This document shows, in pieces, positions 62,569 through 64,000 of a stretch of DNA of 64,000 bases. Under the pieces are notes generated by a model. The model did no database searches. It saw nothing but the letters and a program-made list of their open reading frames with translations, and was not told the origin of the DNA. The first letter of the stretch is position 1. The number at the start of each line of letters is the position of its first letter. A program made the translations under genes and the position numbers. Source of the stretch: Lobosporangium transversale (taxonomy: Eukaryota); NCBI RefSeq assembly GCF_002105155.1, contig NW_019028995.1:744001-808000 (forward strand), given 5' to 3'.

Positions 62569-64000
62569 ATACAGCTGTTGATACGCAGCGTAGTAAGCTT
62601 GCTGCTGTTGATAAGCTAATTGCTGTTGTGATAGCTGTTGTACAGGGGCCTGGATTTGGGTCTGCTGCTGCTGCTGCTGTGTGGTTTGCTGAAGCATTGC
62701 TAAGAGCTGTTGAGTACGCTCAACAGCCTCATTAGTGAACATAGCTCCAAGAGGATTTACCTGAGCTTGTTGAGGCTGTTGATACTGCTGGTGATACAGT
62801 TGATTATAACCAGCATGTTCCTGTTGTTGTTGTTGTTGTTGCTGTTGTTGCTGTTGTTGCTGTTGCTGGGCGTTAAATGCCGTACCATATAATGACCCAT
62901 AGCCATGACTTGCCGTGTCCTATAAAAACAATAATATAACGATATTAAATATTAGCATAGAGGGAAAAAAAAAAAAAAAAAAAAAAAAAAGATTCCCTTG
63001 CCATTAAACTGGCGCTTCAAGTGATATAATAGAAATACTTATTACCGTAGCATTGGGCTTGGATACAGCTGCTGCAACTGTTGCTGTTAGAGCTGCTAGG
63101 ACTGCGGCAGTGTTGTTGTTGAGCAGAGCAGCAGCAGCAGGAGTTGCAGTCAACAAAGATGATGTCAATGACGATGTAGATGCTTGAGAGCTGACCCCTA
63201 ATCCAGACACCAACCCTACCCCTGATCCTGTCTGCCTTACGGTCTCTGGATCCTCATCTGGCTCTGCTGGTGATGGAGGGATATAAGCAAGTTGAAGATA
63301 GTTTGCAGAAAGTGTCTCCGCTTCCCTTGCCTCCTGCACTACCTTTTCTGTACTCTTAAAGCCTCTTTCTGGATACCCAAAAATTTCAAGTTTGAGCATT
63401 GGAGGAGCTCGCCAAAGATCGCCTCGGATAAGCGCATCCACAATTTGTGTAGGCATCTCGAACTGTGGACGAGTCTGCTCATGACCATATTGGGAATGAT
63501 GAGATGAACTATAAGAGGAAGAGATACCTTCAATGGCCGACTCATACTCAAAACCACCCCCTTGTTCATCGTTATTAAACTCCTCCTGATCATATTCTGA
63601 TTCACTGTGCTCTTGGATCTCTCCACGTGGCTCAATAAGTCGAACTGAAACTAATTCCCAGTCAGCTTTCCATGTGACACGTCTGACCTTATTTTTCTTC
63701 GGTGGAGAATCAGGTGAGGATGATTCAATAGCCACCTCCGGTGTCGTTGAGATCGAAGACGAGCTTGATTTGGTTACTATAGGAGATGCAGGATTTTCGA
63801 GCGCTGGGGGTGGCGAATCCTGTTTAATAGGGACAACTATGGTTGACACGGTCGGAGTCGTAGATTGGGGTGTGCTAATTTCTATAGTTGTAGCTGTGCT
63901 TGTAGCTGTGCTTGTAGCTGTGCTTGTAGCAGTCTCTCCTTTTAGTTTGAGCGTGATTGAGGATGGCGTTGGTTTGTTTGACGGCATGCTACTTGCTGAT
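62488..64000 (-). CDS. PNUTS/PPP1R10-like PP1 regulatory subunit, 3' part only (5' end outside window)
   Basis: RVxW PP1-docking motif KVRRVTWKADWELVSVRLI; GFKSTEKVVQEARE...IPPSPAEPD; Q-rich last exon after an intron at about 63045-62920. Confidence 0.72.

Overview
Gene-dense, intron-rich eukaryotic DNA from an early-diverging fungus. A Mortierellaceae-like Mucoromycota is inferred from gene content (SNAPC4, GPR89, GT17, F-box/LRR relic) and from very long poly(A)/poly(T) tracts in introns. The window holds about 21 genes: O-fucosyltransferase-like, OLA1, FHIP/FAM160, a Ded1/Vasa-like helicase, an MFS transporter, GDA1, GPR89, NDUFA5, TOM70, Snapin/Pallidin-like, SNAPC4, TMA20, ERV46, YVC1, GT17, RRP45, VMA5, a partial PNUTS-like gene, one unknown tail-anchored ORF and three small secreted-protein genes. 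Two accessory zones (about 6.8-11.5 kb and 32-39 kb) contain a dead DD34E Tc1 element, two MITEs, a MULE/SWIM remnant and pseudogenes. The best novelty candidate is an intronless secreted multi-core peptide precursor (54729-55397). It has three acidic spacers, each ending in H-x-L-Y-R and followed by a cationic Gly/Tyr/Arg or (KGWG)n core, with Kex2-type KR/RR sites. Also notable are a CBM14 gene bracketed by a 21-bp direct repeat between transposons, symmetric inverted inner sites in the Tc1 ends, a presequence-extended OLA1 with CTG at the ancestral Met position, and poly(A) tracts abutting splice sites. All calls were made by eye; no database search was run.
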